Both the position numbers and the translations under genes were made by a program. The notes beneath the pieces are model-generated. The model was not told the DNA's origin. It saw nothing but the letters and a program-made list of their open reading frames with translations, and did no database searches. Shown here in pieces: positions 49,147-63,300 of a stretch of DNA of 64,000 nucleotides (within the stretch, counting starts at the first letter, position 1; every line of letters starts with the position of its first letter). The stretch is from Octopus sinensis (taxonomy: Eukaryota), in the NCBI RefSeq assembly GCF_006345805.1, contig NC_043007.1:22940001-23004000 (forward strand), given 5' to 3'.

Positions 49147-52100
49147 GTATATATATATGTATATATATATGTATATATATATAGATATATGTATATATAT
49201 GAGTAAACATGAGTGTGGATTTATTATTGAGTGTCTGTGAGGGTAAGTGACAATGTATTTGTGTGTGTGTGTGTGTGTGTGGTGTGTGTGTGTGAGCACG
49301 TGCGTGTGCATGTGTGAATACAATTCAGTTTATGTGATTGGTTTTTTTGTGTAACCCTGATGTGTGACTGTGAGAGAAACAGATATCGCAAAATCTGTTT
49401 CAAAGAGTTTTAAGATTTAACCTTTTAGCATTCGGATTACTCCCTCAAATTTAATACTAATTAAGGGTTAATGATTATTGAAAACGCTGCAAGTTGCAAC
49501 AAAAATTTTGATAAAAATAAATAAGGAAATGAGTGGAAATTGGTGAGTGTGCTAAATTAATAAGGCATGAAAAGAGAATGACTCTCCTCAGACATAATTA
49601 ATTTATATTGTTTTGAATTAATTATGCATTGTCTTGTAACTTAGAGATTTTAGTGATATAATTGTTTATCTTTAGAATGACATTGTTGGGTAGATGTAAG
49701 AAACCAGATTTCAACAGTTTGAATATAAAACAAGTAGAATATATTGAGCCTGAAATGGCCCGTTTAAATGCTAAAGAGTTCTTTTATTCTTTTATTGTTT
49801 TACTTGTTTTGGTCATTTGACTGTGGCCATACTGGAGCATCACCTTTTATTTGAGCAAATCAACCCCAGGACTTATTCTTTGTTAGCCTAGTACTAATTC
49901 TATTGGTCTCATTTGATGAACCGCTAGTTATGGGGACGTAAACACACCAGTGTTGGTCAAGCGATGTTGGGGGGGGACAAACTCAGATGCACAAACAAAC
50001 ACACACACATACACGTGCGCGCACACACAGATGCACACATATAAATACAACAGGCTTCTTTCAGTTTCTATCTACCAAATCCACTCACAAGGCTTTGGAA
50101 TCGCCACCACACCCTGCCTCATGGACCTTTAGGTGTTTTTGCTCAATAAACACTCACAACGCCTGGTCTGGGAATCAAAACCGCGATCCTATGACCGCAA
50201 GTCCGCTACCCTAACCACTGGGCCCTTGCACCTCTACAATATGTGTATATATGTATGTATATGCATGTATGTATATTTGTATGCATGCATGATAATGAAG
50301 TTATTGTATGCAAAGGCGGCGAGCTGGCAGAACCGTTAGCACGTCGGGCGAAATGCGTAGCGGTATTTCGTCTGTGTATACGTTCTGAGTTCAAATTCCG
50401 CCGAGGTCGACTTTGCCTTTCATCCTTTCAGGGTCAATAAATTGAGTACCAGTTACGCACTGGGGTCGATGTAATCGACTTAATTCGTTTGTCTGTCCTT
50501 GTTTGACCCCTCTATGTTTAGCCCCTTGTGGGTAATAAAGAAACAGATAATGATGTTATTGTATGCAGTATTCAGGTGCACGGCAACTTGCTAGATAATG
50601 GATAAAAGAGAGGACAAAAAGCATAAATAAGTCAAGTAAAATTGTTAAAAAAAAAGCAATGAAAACCAAAAGTGCATACGAACATTCCACAGAATAAAAC
50701 AGACACACAAAAAAACCCCAGAAAAAAACAGAAAAAGAAGCAGTAAAAGAGCCACACCCACACATGTGCCCCCCTCCCTGCACATACATATCTTTAGTGA
50801 ATGTATGTTAAAGTAAGCTAATGTCAATTTTATGCTAATTTTTACCCTGGTGGCTGAATGATGAAATATTACAAGACTGTTACACAATTACCTATTGCAC
50901 AACTGATATGAATAGACAGGTAAGGTGGCGAGCTGTCAAAATCCTTACCTTGTTGGACAAAGTAATAAGTGGCACACCTTCCGAATTCACATTCTGGGTT
51001 CAAATTCCTCCAAGGTTGATTTTGTCTTTCATCCTTTCGGGGTCAATAAAATAAGTACCAGCTGAAAAACTGGGGTCCATGCAATTGACTTACTCCTCCT
51101 CTAAAATTACTGGCCTTGTGTCAAAATTTGAAACCAGTATGTGTAAACAAATGATAGACCTAATCTAATAATGAAAGAGGATTTAGTGAACTTTTGTTAC
51201 ATAATTCATCATCATCATCATCCAGTGTTTTAAATCCGGGTTTTCTCCCCATTAATGGGGTGGCCGGATCTACCTCAATGCCATAGCAACCGAGGTAGGC
51301 AGGTGCAGACTACCCCAACCTTTGGGCTGGCTGGTGCCCATTCTCCCTTGCTATCATGAGGCTTTCTTGGGGCTGGGTTTACAAAAGGGAGCATGCCCCT
51401 CTTACTCTCAACCTCAGTTTCTAAACATGAGTGGTCCCGAGACCAAGGCCTCTATCATGATTTTAAAGAAATGTGGTGGAAAACTAGCTCAGGAAGGAAG
51501 GGACACTACTCCCTGAGACCCCTTTCGGAGACCCCCCCCCCTGCCTAATTTTTAGTAGAGAACACCAGTTTTCCCAGATGCAGTGTATAGCTGAGGAGTG
51601 TGCATACCATTTTATTCTGTTTATTTATTTACTCCTTGTCTTGACATCATACAACTTTTGTAAATGAATGTCATTGATTCCCACTGTTCTGTAAAAGCAA
51701 GTCTAGCCATAGAAAATATTACTTTGGTTGGAAACAAGTAAGGGTCGGCGTTAAGAATTTGCATCTGGTTACAGAAAATCAGCCTCATTAAATTCCATCC
51801 AACCCATGCAAGAGGATGTTAAAATAATCCTTTCTACTATAGGCACAAAGCCTGAAATTTGGGGATGGGGGTAAGTCGATTATATTGATCCCAGTACTCA
51901 ACTGGTACTTAATTTATCGACCCTGAAGGGATAAAAGGCAAAGTTGACCTCAGCAGAATTTGAAGTCAGAACGCCGTGACGGGCATAATACCTATTTCTT
52001 TACTACCCACAAGGGGCTAAACACAGAGAGGACAAACAAGGACAGACAGACAGACGGATTAAGTCAATTATATTTACCCCAGTGCGTAACTGGTACTTAA

Positions 52101-52622
52101 TTTACCGACCCCGAAAGGATGAAAGGCAAAGTTGACCTTGGCAGAATTTGAACTCAGAACGTAGCGACAAACGAAATACCGCTAAGCATTTCGCCTGGCG
52201 TGCTAACGATTCTGCCAGCTCGCCGCCTTGAGGACGTTAAAATAATGACAATGATGATGACCTGAGTTTTTTTATCTTCTTTCTTTTTACTGTTTTCCAT
52301 TTGTTTAATTTTGCAGAATTCTTTTTCACTAAATTGCTGTAGTTCTTAATTTTTATTGTAATATTCTCAAATCAACAGGTGTGGCTGTGTCGTAAGAGGC
52401 TTGCTTCCCAACCACATGGTTCCAAGTTCAGTCCCACTGTGTGACACCTTGAGCAAGTGTCTGCTACTATAGCCTTGGGCTGACCAAAACCTTGGGAGTG
52501 GATTTGGTAGACAGAAAGTGAAGGAAGCCTGTTGAGTGTGCGTATATATTTATATATATATAAAATCATCATCATCATCATCATTGCTTAATGTCTGCCT
52601 TCCATGCTGGCATGGGTGGGAT

Positions 52623-52665
<43 letters not shown>

Positions 52666-55608
52666 CATACATACATATGTGTATATATATAATATATAAT
52701 ATAATTTCTATATACTATTACATACATTATATATGTTTATATATATATATGTGTGTGTGGAGGCACAATGGCCCAGTGGTTAGGGCAGCAGACTCGCGGT
52801 TGTAGGATCACGGTTTTGATTCCCAGACCAGACGTTGTGAGTGTTTATTAAGCGAAAAAACCTAAAGCTCCACAAGACTCCGGCAGGGGGTGGTGGTGAT
52901 CGCTGCTGTACTCTTTCGCCCCAACTTTCTTTCACTCTTTCTTCTGTTGGGTCTGCTCGCTTACCCAGCAGGGTGGCGTCATTTGAAGGCTAAAACAATG
53001 CGAAGCGCATTGTGACCAGTGATGTGTAGCAACATCTGATAGCCTGGTCGGTCACGGTCATCATGGTGATATATATATATGTATGTATCTATGTGTGTCT
53101 TTGTGCTTGTGTTTGTCCCCTACCACTGCTCGACAACAAGCGTTGGTGTGTTTACGTCCCTGTAACTTAGTGGTTTGGCAAAAGGCAAAAGATAAACCTT
53201 TAGAAAGAAATAAGTTCTGGGGTTGATTTGTTCAACTAAAACCCTTCAAGGCAGTGCTCCAGCATGGCCACAGTCAAATGATTGAAACAAGTAAAAGACA
53301 AAGGATGTTAATGAAAGTATCATGCCCCTTTGTTTATTTATTAGTAATCGTAAAACTTATCCTTTCTGCATGTTGCTTTTTAATATTCACTTTTCATTTT
53401 ATCTAGTTTTATCTTGTATGTTGTGAACTTATGCTTTATCTTCAGCCTTAGAAAAGCTTTTACTTTCACCAATGAGTACTGCTATATGTGTACTGCTTTT
53501 TCACGCACACAAGTTGAATGCTTATTTATTATTTCACTTCCCCATCAATCATACATGCTTTCTTATCTATCTAACTATTTTTAACTAATTTCTATATCTA
53601 TCTAATTATTTTAACTAATTTATCCATTACCCATCTCGCCTCTCGTGTATTCATCAACCATCGTGTATTCGCGCCTTCTTCCTCCGGACAATCTTTATTT
53701 AAAAAAAAAAACGCAGCCCCAAACTTCTGCTCTTTCATTCATTCATTCATCTAACAGATAAGTTGAATGCTTATTTATTATTTCACTTCCCCATCAATCA
53801 TACATGCTTTCTTATCTATCTAACTATTTTTAACTAATTTCTATATCTATCTAATTATTTTAACTAATTTATCCATTACCCATCTCGCCTCTCGTGTATT
53901 CATCAACCATCGTGTATTCGCGGTGCACCCGCCCTGCCCACCCCACCACCAATACGGATATCTCTATATTTTTGCTCCATCCATACCGGATGTCGCTTCT
54001 CCCACCACCATAATAGGTGTCTACTCTTCGAACCCCCCTCTTCTATACGCTATTTCACCATGCATTACCCCTCTCTTGATATCCTACGTTCTACTTGCCG
54101 AGAACCTGTCATCATTTCTCTGAACCACCCCTCCCCACTGGTGCTCCCCTATATTTCTGCACCCCCCACATAAAAAAAGCACCATCCGAACGTTGCCGAT
54201 GCCAGACCCCTCTGGCACCTGTGCAGGTGGCACGTAAAAAACACCCACTACACTCGCGGAGTGGTTGGCGTTAGGAAGGGCATCCAGCTGTAGAAACTCT
54301 GCCAGACTAGACTGGAGCCTGGGGCAGTCCCTTGCTCCCCAGACCCCGGTCGAAACCGTCCAACCCGTGCTAGCGCGGAAAACGGACGTTAAACGATGAT
54401 GATGATGATGATGATGACAAGGAAGTAAAATAAGATAAAGCATAATTCATATAACTTAATCTGCTTTTCATTGGTATGTGTAACTAGGGTAAATTCTAAG
54501 CATATGTCATTCAATTTTCTAAAGAAAAAAATGATAATGCTCCAGATTTGTATAGTTAATAGTTTTTCTTGTACACCTACACAAGTATGCCCTCTCGATT
54601 TTGTTTCCTCATAACATTCAGAAAAATAGATGTTTCTAAATGAAATTTTCTACAAATGCCTTTCAGATGGTGTGGATTACGATTATATAGGAATTTATGG
54701 TAAAAAAAATTGGTGGGGGGGGGGGGCGCTCACATCACATATATCTACAAAATACAACTTGAAATTTTGAAAACATTGTCTCAGCATGTGTTAACACCCA
54801 CCAATTTTTTTCTCTGTAAATTTCGATATAATGACAATCAATACTGTCTGAAAGGTCACCGTGATCACCGTGACCAACCAGGCTATCAGATGTTGCTACA
54901 CATCGCTGGTCACAATGCGCTTCGCATTGTTTTAGCCTTCAAATGATATCACTCTGCCGCTAAGCGAGCAGGCAAACAGAAGAAAGAGTGAAAGTTGTGG
55001 CGAAACAGTACAGCAGGGTTCACCACCACCCCCCTGCCGGAGTCTCGTGGAGCTTTAGGTGTTTTCGCTCAATAAACACTCACAACGCCCGTTCTGGGAA
55101 TCGAAACCGCGATCCTACAACTGCGAGTCCGCTGCTATAACCACTGGGCCATTGCGCCTCCACATCTGAAAGGTATTTGTAGAAAACAAAAATAACCGCC
55201 ACTCACACACCTGAAAGTTATGAGGAAACAAAGCCGATGGTGGTGGGGACTTGAGAAGGTGTGCTGCTACTTTCATGAATAAAATATGTAATTTTAAAAT
55301 ATATTTAACAAGGACATTATTGTTTGATCGAATACAAGAGGGAATTTAATGCTGAAATTCTTGTGCATTGCCTGTACACGAATTTGGTGGTGCATCACTG
55401 TATTGAGTTAAAACAATATACATTTTATTTAAAATCGATTAAGCATAAATATTTCAAATATTAATATTTGCTGCTTTAAATTGGCAAAAATTTCCCGAAA
55501 ATACCAAAAGTTAAAAAGAGTTATGACGGGTTAAATGATGTGCTTCGATCAGAACTACGTTAAAAGCTTGTAGTAATTAAGTATTTGTGTGTAGGTGTGT
55601 GTGTATGT

Positions 55609-55873
55609 GGTACTACTTAAGAAGAGTGGTCCCGGTGTGCGCAGTCGCGCATCCGCACTAGCTAGTCGTGACTAGTCGATCCTACAACGATTACCTAGCA
55701 AAGTAAATGAAACACAAAATAAATAATTTTTTAAAAACAAAGTAAATAAAACACAAAAACACAAAGTAAATAAAAGAAAAACACAAAGTAAGGATCGACT
55801 AGTCACGACTAGCTAGCGTGGATGCATGAGTACGTCAGTGCGCGCACCCGGACCACTCTTCCTAAGTAGTACC
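55609..55873. mobile_element. Second copy of the 23044-23298 MITE (opposite orientation)
   Basis: Same TIRs; the internal A-rich spacer is the reverse complement of the T-rich spacer of the first copy. Confidence 0.8.
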
Positions 55874-56111
55874 TGTGTGTGTGTGTGTGTGTATGTATGT
55901 TTGTCTTTGTGTCTGTCCCTCACCACCGCTTGACAGTCAGTGCTGGTTTGTTTACATCCCATAACCTAGATGTTCAACGAAAGAGACCGACAGAAATAAA
56001 TACTATGACTAGCCAGCGCGGTTGCGCGAGTACATGAGTGCGCGCACCGGGACCACTATTCTTAAGTAGTACCTCAAAGCAGCGCCCCATCCCACCACCA
56101 CCACCACCACC

Positions 56112-56880
56112 ACCTATTTCTTTACTACCCACAAAGGGCTAAATACAGATGGGACAAAGACAAACAAGGACAGACAAACAGATTCAGTCGATCACATCGA
56201 CCCCAGTGCATAACTGGTACTTAATTTATGGACCCTGAAAGGATAAAAGGCAAAGTCGACCTCGGCGGAATTTGAACTCAGAACGTAGCAGCAGACGAAA
56301 TACCTATTTCTTTACTACCCACAAGGGGCTAAACACAGAGGGGACAAAGACAAACAGATTAAGTCGATCACATCGACCCCAGTGCATAACTGGTACTTAA
56401 TTTATGGACCCTGAAAGGATGAAAGGCAAAGTCGACCTCGGCGGAATTTGAACTCAGAACGTAGCAGCAGACGAAATACCTATTTCTTTACTACCCACAA
56501 GGGGCTAAACACAGAGGGGACAAAGACAAACAGATTAAGTCGATCACATCGACCCCAGTGCATAACTGGTACTTAATTTATGGACCCTGAAAGGATGAAA
56601 GGCAAAGTCGACCTCGGCGGAATTTGAACTCAGAACGTAGCAGCAGACGAATTCTTTATTACCCACAAGGGGCTAAACACAGAGGGGACAAACAAGGACA
56701 GACATAGGTAATTAAGTCGATCACATCGACCCCCAGTGCATAACTGGTACTTAATTTATCGACCCCGAAAGGATGAAAGGCAAAGTCGACCTCGGCGGAA
56801 TTTGAACTCAGAACGTAGCAGCAGACGAAATACGGCTACGCATTTCGCCCGGTGTGCTAACGATTCTGCCAGCTCACTGC
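56112..56880 (-). mobile_element. SINE family B (Meta-domain-like), four-unit tandem array; other copies ~5546-5773, 27805-28549, 32271-32850, 33466-33884, 41050-41652, 50313-50543, 51829-52229
   Basis: Head GGCGGCGAGCTGGCAGAA...GAGTTCAAATTCC; core GCCTTTCATCCTTTCGGGGTCGATAAATTAAGTACCAG resembles the MetaSINE central domain as recalled. The copy at 5546-5773 has TSD CGTAGGTGTC. Confidence 0.8.
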
Positions 56881-56989
56881 CACCACCACCACCACAATAA
56901 CAACACAGCCGCAGTTCAATGACTGAAACAAGTAAAAGCTAAAGCGGTTAATAAGAGAAAGAAGAGTTCTATCGTAGTTTCGTTTAAGT

Positions 56990-57312
56990 ATCCGGGCATT
57001 ACCTCCGCTTGATTCGACGCATGCGTATAATTGGGCACGTGTTGTGCATCTGCCTTCGCCGCCGCCGTCATCATCATAGTGATTGAGTCATTTAAAGCCG
57101 ACGACGACGAGCAGACATTTGGTCCGGATTGAACACGTCGCTAGAATAATCTTCAATTCCGATCGAACACGCAACAACAAACAATTCCCTCAACTACTGA
57201 AAAGTACCGTTTCAGTAATTCCACACCTGAACACCTGAAAGTCATTTGAACAATTAATTTTCTGAAACCCTGTTGCTTAAAAAAAGACAAAAACACACAC
57301 GTTTAGGTAAGT
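56990..57312 (+). promoter_or_regulatory. Probable promoter and non-coding first exon of a + strand gene extending beyond the window
   Basis: Unique CpG-rich sequence; palindrome ACGCATGCGT (57017-57026, NRF1-like), E-box CACGTG (57036-57041), GCC repeats, consensus donor AG|GTAAGT at 57306/57307. No coding exon found downstream. Confidence 0.45.
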
Positions 57313-60300
57313 CTTTTTTAGGATTATGTCTCTTTTGTCTATATATATATATATATATATACACTCATCTGTTTTTTTTTTCTGTTATCGGATGTAAGTT
57401 GTTGTTTAGCCCCCAACTTAGCCTTGATCGAGCTGGCTTCGAGTGAAATATGATCAAAGTCGTCCCAGCCGTGGCTATCCCATCTGTAGTGGATATCTAA
57501 GACTATGCTATCTGATGCATCTGTTCATTTACTGAGATAGCATGTATTTGGAGAGGGATTTGGCTGCTATTTCTCTTAGGTTGAACGACCGTTCTTTGTT
57601 GTGATCGGGACGGATTCATACAAGTTTTCGTTAATCATAGTTTGACCGAAAACCCTGCATGGACATCAATTAAGGATCTGCCTTTGAAAACAACAAAACA
57701 AAGATTTCAAACGAAGGTAACAGAAACCACCTACGATGAAAAGAGATAATTTGTGTGGATGCTTTTTTCTTCGTTAATATCAAAGCCTATGTCCTGAAAG
57801 CCTGGATAGCTTTATGCGGTTTAATCAAATATATGAGGCACAAGTTTTCTTGATACTGGTAAGAAAAATGACGCCAGATATTTTAGAAATCACGAGTGTT
57901 TTTATGCAGTTTACTGGTGGTGTGTGTTCGTTCCTTTGTCGCATTGTGTGATGGTGTGAGCCCTTCTCTGTTTAAAAATCTGTTTTGTGTGTGTGTGTTT
58001 TACACCTAACACTTGAAAAAGCTTATAATGTACCGTAACCCGTTTAGCGCGACAACGCATACTAATTCGGTGAACCGACAAAAGGTTGAAAATACATGCA
58101 GTTGATGGGCAATTACAACAGTTTTATGTTGTAGACAAATATAGACAAGCGTATCTTGTAAAGACAAAGACACGGTAACGGATATTATTGGTATAAACTG
58201 CTTTATTCTTACTATGTTAAGCATCCCTTGACAGCTGAAGCTGTCCGCATTATGTCTAAAACAAGCCGATCGACCTCCTTAACAAATATGCAACATGTCC
58301 TTTTATAACTTTTTTTCGCGACTTGCTTTCGATTTTTAGTTGAAGCAATACAGTACTTATGTCGCTGACATGTAAAGCATAAGAGTTACATAGTCCTGAT
58401 CCCTACTTCAGCCCTATAAAGTAAAAGGATCTTCTTTAAGGAGAAATCATGAATGCTTTTCTCTCTTTATCTTTTCATTATACATCGACTTTTCTACTTC
58501 GATTCCTAATTGGTGTCGCTTCGCTTGCTTTGCATGAGTCCTTATTGGAAAGCATGATCGTCAATACACCGCTCCCCTGGGCTCACTCGATAATTTTTCG
58601 TCAATGGTTGAAAATACTGTCGAGTAAAATGCTATTTCGATAGATTGCATCATCTCTTCTCACACATCTGTAGCACTTTTCCGCCTTCACACGCGAGTAG
58701 TCAAGGAGGGAACTTTCCATAGTTGCCCGACTCGCTAAAAACAGCGGTCAAATTTCTGGGAAAGGGATTCGTTTAATGGGGCATGCGGTTCCCAAAATAT
58801 ATGAAAAAGGACTGAACTAGCGCTAAACAATACTTTCACAACACAACTCTTTGCAACTAGCTTTCGTTTCGCGATCAAGAAAACTTTTTTCTTTTGACTG
58901 TTAATAATACTCCTGAGAAGAATTTGGACGTCACATTTTCATATTGTCCTAATCTTTAGACAAACAAATGATGAAGAAAGAGTTTGGGGTATTCGTTATT
59001 ATTATTAGCACATCATAAACAGTGTGGAAAATAAAGTGCAAACAAATCTAAGGATACGGTAAGAAATATCTGGATGCGTGATTACAGCGGCGTGTGTGCA
59101 ACAAATTTTGTCATTTATTTTGTTCTATGCTTAATATTGAAGATCTGCGACCAATAGGTTTACAGTCAGAACTAATCGGTCTTTTTAGAGGTGTCTTAAA
59201 AGCATTATTCACTATGTTCCCCCTTTCCAAGACAATGTGATTTAAAGGAGGTAAGGCTGCTATTTCTAGCAGGTTGAGGAACTACAAGCATAAGAGTTTA
59301 ATGACCTGATGTTTCATGACTGTGAAGATGTTTTGTGTGTGCGTGTAACGTTTGCCTATTCTTGTTTGAATGACGAAATTGTTCGCTTAAATATTGTCAC
59401 GATTTTCCTACCCCTTCCTGTATCCCTCTCTCTCTCACTCACTTTCTCTCTCTCACACACACACATACATACATACACACATACACACACACACACACAC
59501 ACATACATACACGCACACAAATAATATCTTCAATCTTTTCAATTAGCTCTCGATAGTCCTAAGTTTATGTTTCCCTTTTACTTTTGTCAGTCGAACGATA
59601 CAAGTTGCTGATCAACAGTGAGTGTGCCATGTTAAACTGCAGTATCATCTTATCTCTTTTTTGCTTGTGTTTTTTTCTGTGCATCACCTCGTCCCTTTGT
59701 ACAAAATCAGTTTCTGACCAGCAGTTCCTAGCATCGTACATGAGAATGCAACACCCTAGTTCGATCGATCCAGTTTCGCTTCTCTCACTTCTTTTTGCAA
59801 TATTCCGTTCTCTTCTAAAACTAGCGCCGTGAAAACAAATTACTGTCCCGTCAAAATTATCTTGGCTCGACGAGAAGCTGGCATAAACTGAGATAAGTTC
59901 AGGGTAGTTGTACTGGATGATATAAACAAAGTATTTTCAATGAAATATCCCTCTGGGTGAAGTTAAAAAAAAAAAAATGAATACCCTCCTAGAGGACTCC
60001 CTAAGAAAAGGGGAGGTAATTTCAAGGAATTGCGAATTAATTTCAAAATTAATGTAATTGAAAATGTGGTCATTGTTTGGTGGTATTTAGACAGATGAAA
60101 AAGGCGGCGAGCTGGCAGAAACGTTAGCATGCCGGCGAGTCTTCTTTTTTGCATATCACTGCAAATACTTCTAAAACCTACATTTCCTCTTAGTATCCTT
60201 GTGATTCATGTTCTGTTATTCCTGCACACTGATATTACACATCCAGTTCAGTACACTCATTTCATTGTGTTATTAATACCAGTTTACAAACAAATGGATG

Positions 60301-63300
60301 ATTTGGAACATTCAGAGTTATTAGCTTAATTTTCTTTATACTGATGATGAGGTACACTCTCTGCATTTATTAGAGAATTGCCTTTGCCAGTGTAAAAGAT
60401 GAATAATTCATAGGGCTGGTTTTCTAAGGCCTGAAATCGAAATCGCTCAAAAATCAATGGAAATTGTAGTTGTGATACAGTGCCGGTGGCACGTAAAAGA
60501 ACCATCCGAACGTGGCTGTTGCCAGCGCTGCCCCGACTGGCCTCTGTGCTGGTGGCACGTAAAAAGCACCAACCGATCGTGGCCGTTGCCAGCCTCGCCT
60601 GGCACATAAAAAGCACCCACTACACTCCAGGAGTGGTTAGTGTTAGGAAGGGTATCCAGCTGTAGAAACTCTGCCAGATCAAGATTGGAGCCTGGTGCAG
60701 CCATCTAGTTTGCCAGTCCTCAGTCAAATCGTCCAACCCATGCTAGCATGGAAAGCGGACGTTAAACGATGATGTTTATTATGTGGTGTCTATATCCCCC
60801 CCCCCCGGTCCCTGGACAGGACACTAGTCTGTCACATGATCACTCATTTTTGCCAGCTGAGTTAGTTAGTTAGTTAATTATATGGCTCAAAAAGCAAAAA
60901 GCAAGGCCATGTAGGAGTGTTTTGTTCAAGATCAATGCATTGCACACTCCAGGAATCAAAACCAAAATCTTATGATTGTAAATTCAACACCCTAACCACC
61001 AAGCCATGCACCTCCACTTTACCAATGAAGTTCAGAGGAAAACAAAAGCAGTTTGTGTGATACCAGTTTGGTAATGGGAGTCGCTGGAGGAGCTGTCACG
61101 TAAACATATCTTACCACCTGCAAAGCTCTGCTCAGATATTTCTGTCAGACTAAGATTTATTTTAATCTTATACTGTCTCCAGCACTTACAGAACAGTGAT
61201 ACTATTTGATCTGTAGCTGGAGTGTGTGGGGAGACTGTTGACGGGCGTTAGGTTATGATTAAACACTGGTAGCCAACATGTTAGGTCACTGACAAGCCCT
61301 TGGTTCATTAAGCCTGGGACTGAAGGAGCCTCGGGTTCATTGTGAAGAGGGCGAAGGAAAGGCACAGACGTGGCTCTGTGGTAAGAAGTTCTAGGTTCAG
61401 TGTCACTGCATGGCACCTTGGATAAGTGTCTTTTGCTATAGTCTCTGGCCAACCAAAAGCCTTGTGAAGGTATTTGGTAGACAGAAACTGAAAGAAGCCC
61501 AAATCACAGTTACACACGGCATTGACCCCTCACCTTTTAAACAACATTACCTCTTACACTAAAGGCAAGCATCAGATATATATGTCAGGAGTCATAATTT
61601 CCAGACATGCATGACATACCTTGCCACAATTATTACACACTTCTTATATGTACATAAAGCAAACCTCAAACAGGCTCTCTCAGAAAAAAAGATTCCCCAC
61701 ATACTTTGTAATCCTCTGCACAAATAAATTTCTAATATTAATAACCATAAGAGTAATAGACCATTACATAGTAATAGGTTCTGCCCAACTGAAGCCACTC
61801 CTATACATACTGCTATCAAGGCTCACATTTTCTAGATCCAGATGATATAAACTAGCTCAGCTGAGCCAAAAAATATTTAAAGAATCTTCCATATTAACAT
61901 TGTTGTTATACATTATAAACCAAATATTTCACTAAAATTCTGAACTCTGCATCATAGATGCAATAATGCTATCAATTGTGTGACCCAACAACCAAAAACT
62001 GGAAGCTTTTTCTCTCATTTGATACATGAGAAAATATTAATTTCTGAATTTGCTATCATCATCATAATCATCATTTAATGTCTATTTTCCAAGCTGCTAT
62101 GGGTTGAATGGCTTGACAGAAGCTGGTAAGGGCAGGGGCTACACCAGGCTCAATTGTCTGTTCTGGCATGGTTTTTATGGTTGGATGCCCTTCCTAACAC
62201 CAACCACTTTACAGGGTGTACTGGGTGCTTTTTATGAAGCACCGGTACCACTACTTTTTACATGGCACCAATGCTTTTTACATAGTACCATCCCTGGTGC
62301 TTTTAATGTGGCACTAGTATCAATTCTGCTGTGGTAGATGGGCCTTCTTGAGTACAGCAAAACGCCAGATGTCTTGATCTTTTGCTTTATAAAGAAAAAT
62401 TATAACCTATGTTCATGCACGCACACATACACACACACAGAGCTTCCGCAACACATGGCTTTGTGAAGTGCTGCTGTATATACATAACCACAAATATATT
62501 CATCATATAAGCAATGTTCATTGGGTATTACTACACAAAATTTCTGTTGTGCAACAAGTACACAGCAATACGCCTGTAATCGGACATGCTACAGGCATCA
62601 TTCAATGATTAGATAATCTTATAACCAGCTGGGAATATATGATGTAGTTGATGGATGTGAGGGGAATTGGGGGTGGATGAATGGAAATTATGTTCCATAT
62701 TTGGAAATTGCACTATCAATAGTAAGGTCAATATCCTCATCATTATTGCCACTATCATTACATTTATGGTTTTTTTTTATCGGCATCATAATCACCATTA
62801 GTGGACAAACAGCATTCATCAATAAATCATTATGCCAGACAGCCACACCGCTCCAGCATCGAATACTGTGTGTATGACAGATTCTATATGATGGAAGTAC
62901 TAACATTGTTTTAACTGATCCACAGACTTATAATAAAGTCTATTAAACATTTTGTTACTAACCCACCTGAGAATGTTCTTTGGATCATGCAGACTTCTTG
63001 TTTTTAAGTGATCGAAATTTAAACATTCCATCTAGATTTCCTGTTAATTTATGTTCCAAGTGAGGTATACTTGCCATCTCAATATGGCTAACCACTAAGG
63101 GCTACAAGCTACAGTAACACCCACCATTAGTGGTTAGCCGTATTGAGATGGCTAGTATACCTCACATTGCCGTGCAGTTACTGTTTACACCTCGTTCAGA
63201 GATTTATTATTGTTATGTTCCAAGTATCAGCTTAATAACGACAAAGTTGTTTTAAATTCTTTAATCATTTTCAAAAATTGAAACAAAGACGGTATATTAC

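Noticed and set aside
56112-56880. Regularly spaced repeats as a CRISPR array
   Set aside because: Eukaryotic context; whole ~180-bp units repeat with no unique spacers, and there are no cas genes.
62833-62868. Minus-strand peptide YSMLERCGCLA* resembling a TGF-beta-family C-terminus
   Set aside because: In-frame stop just upstream, poor acceptor, no other cystine-knot exons; likely chance.
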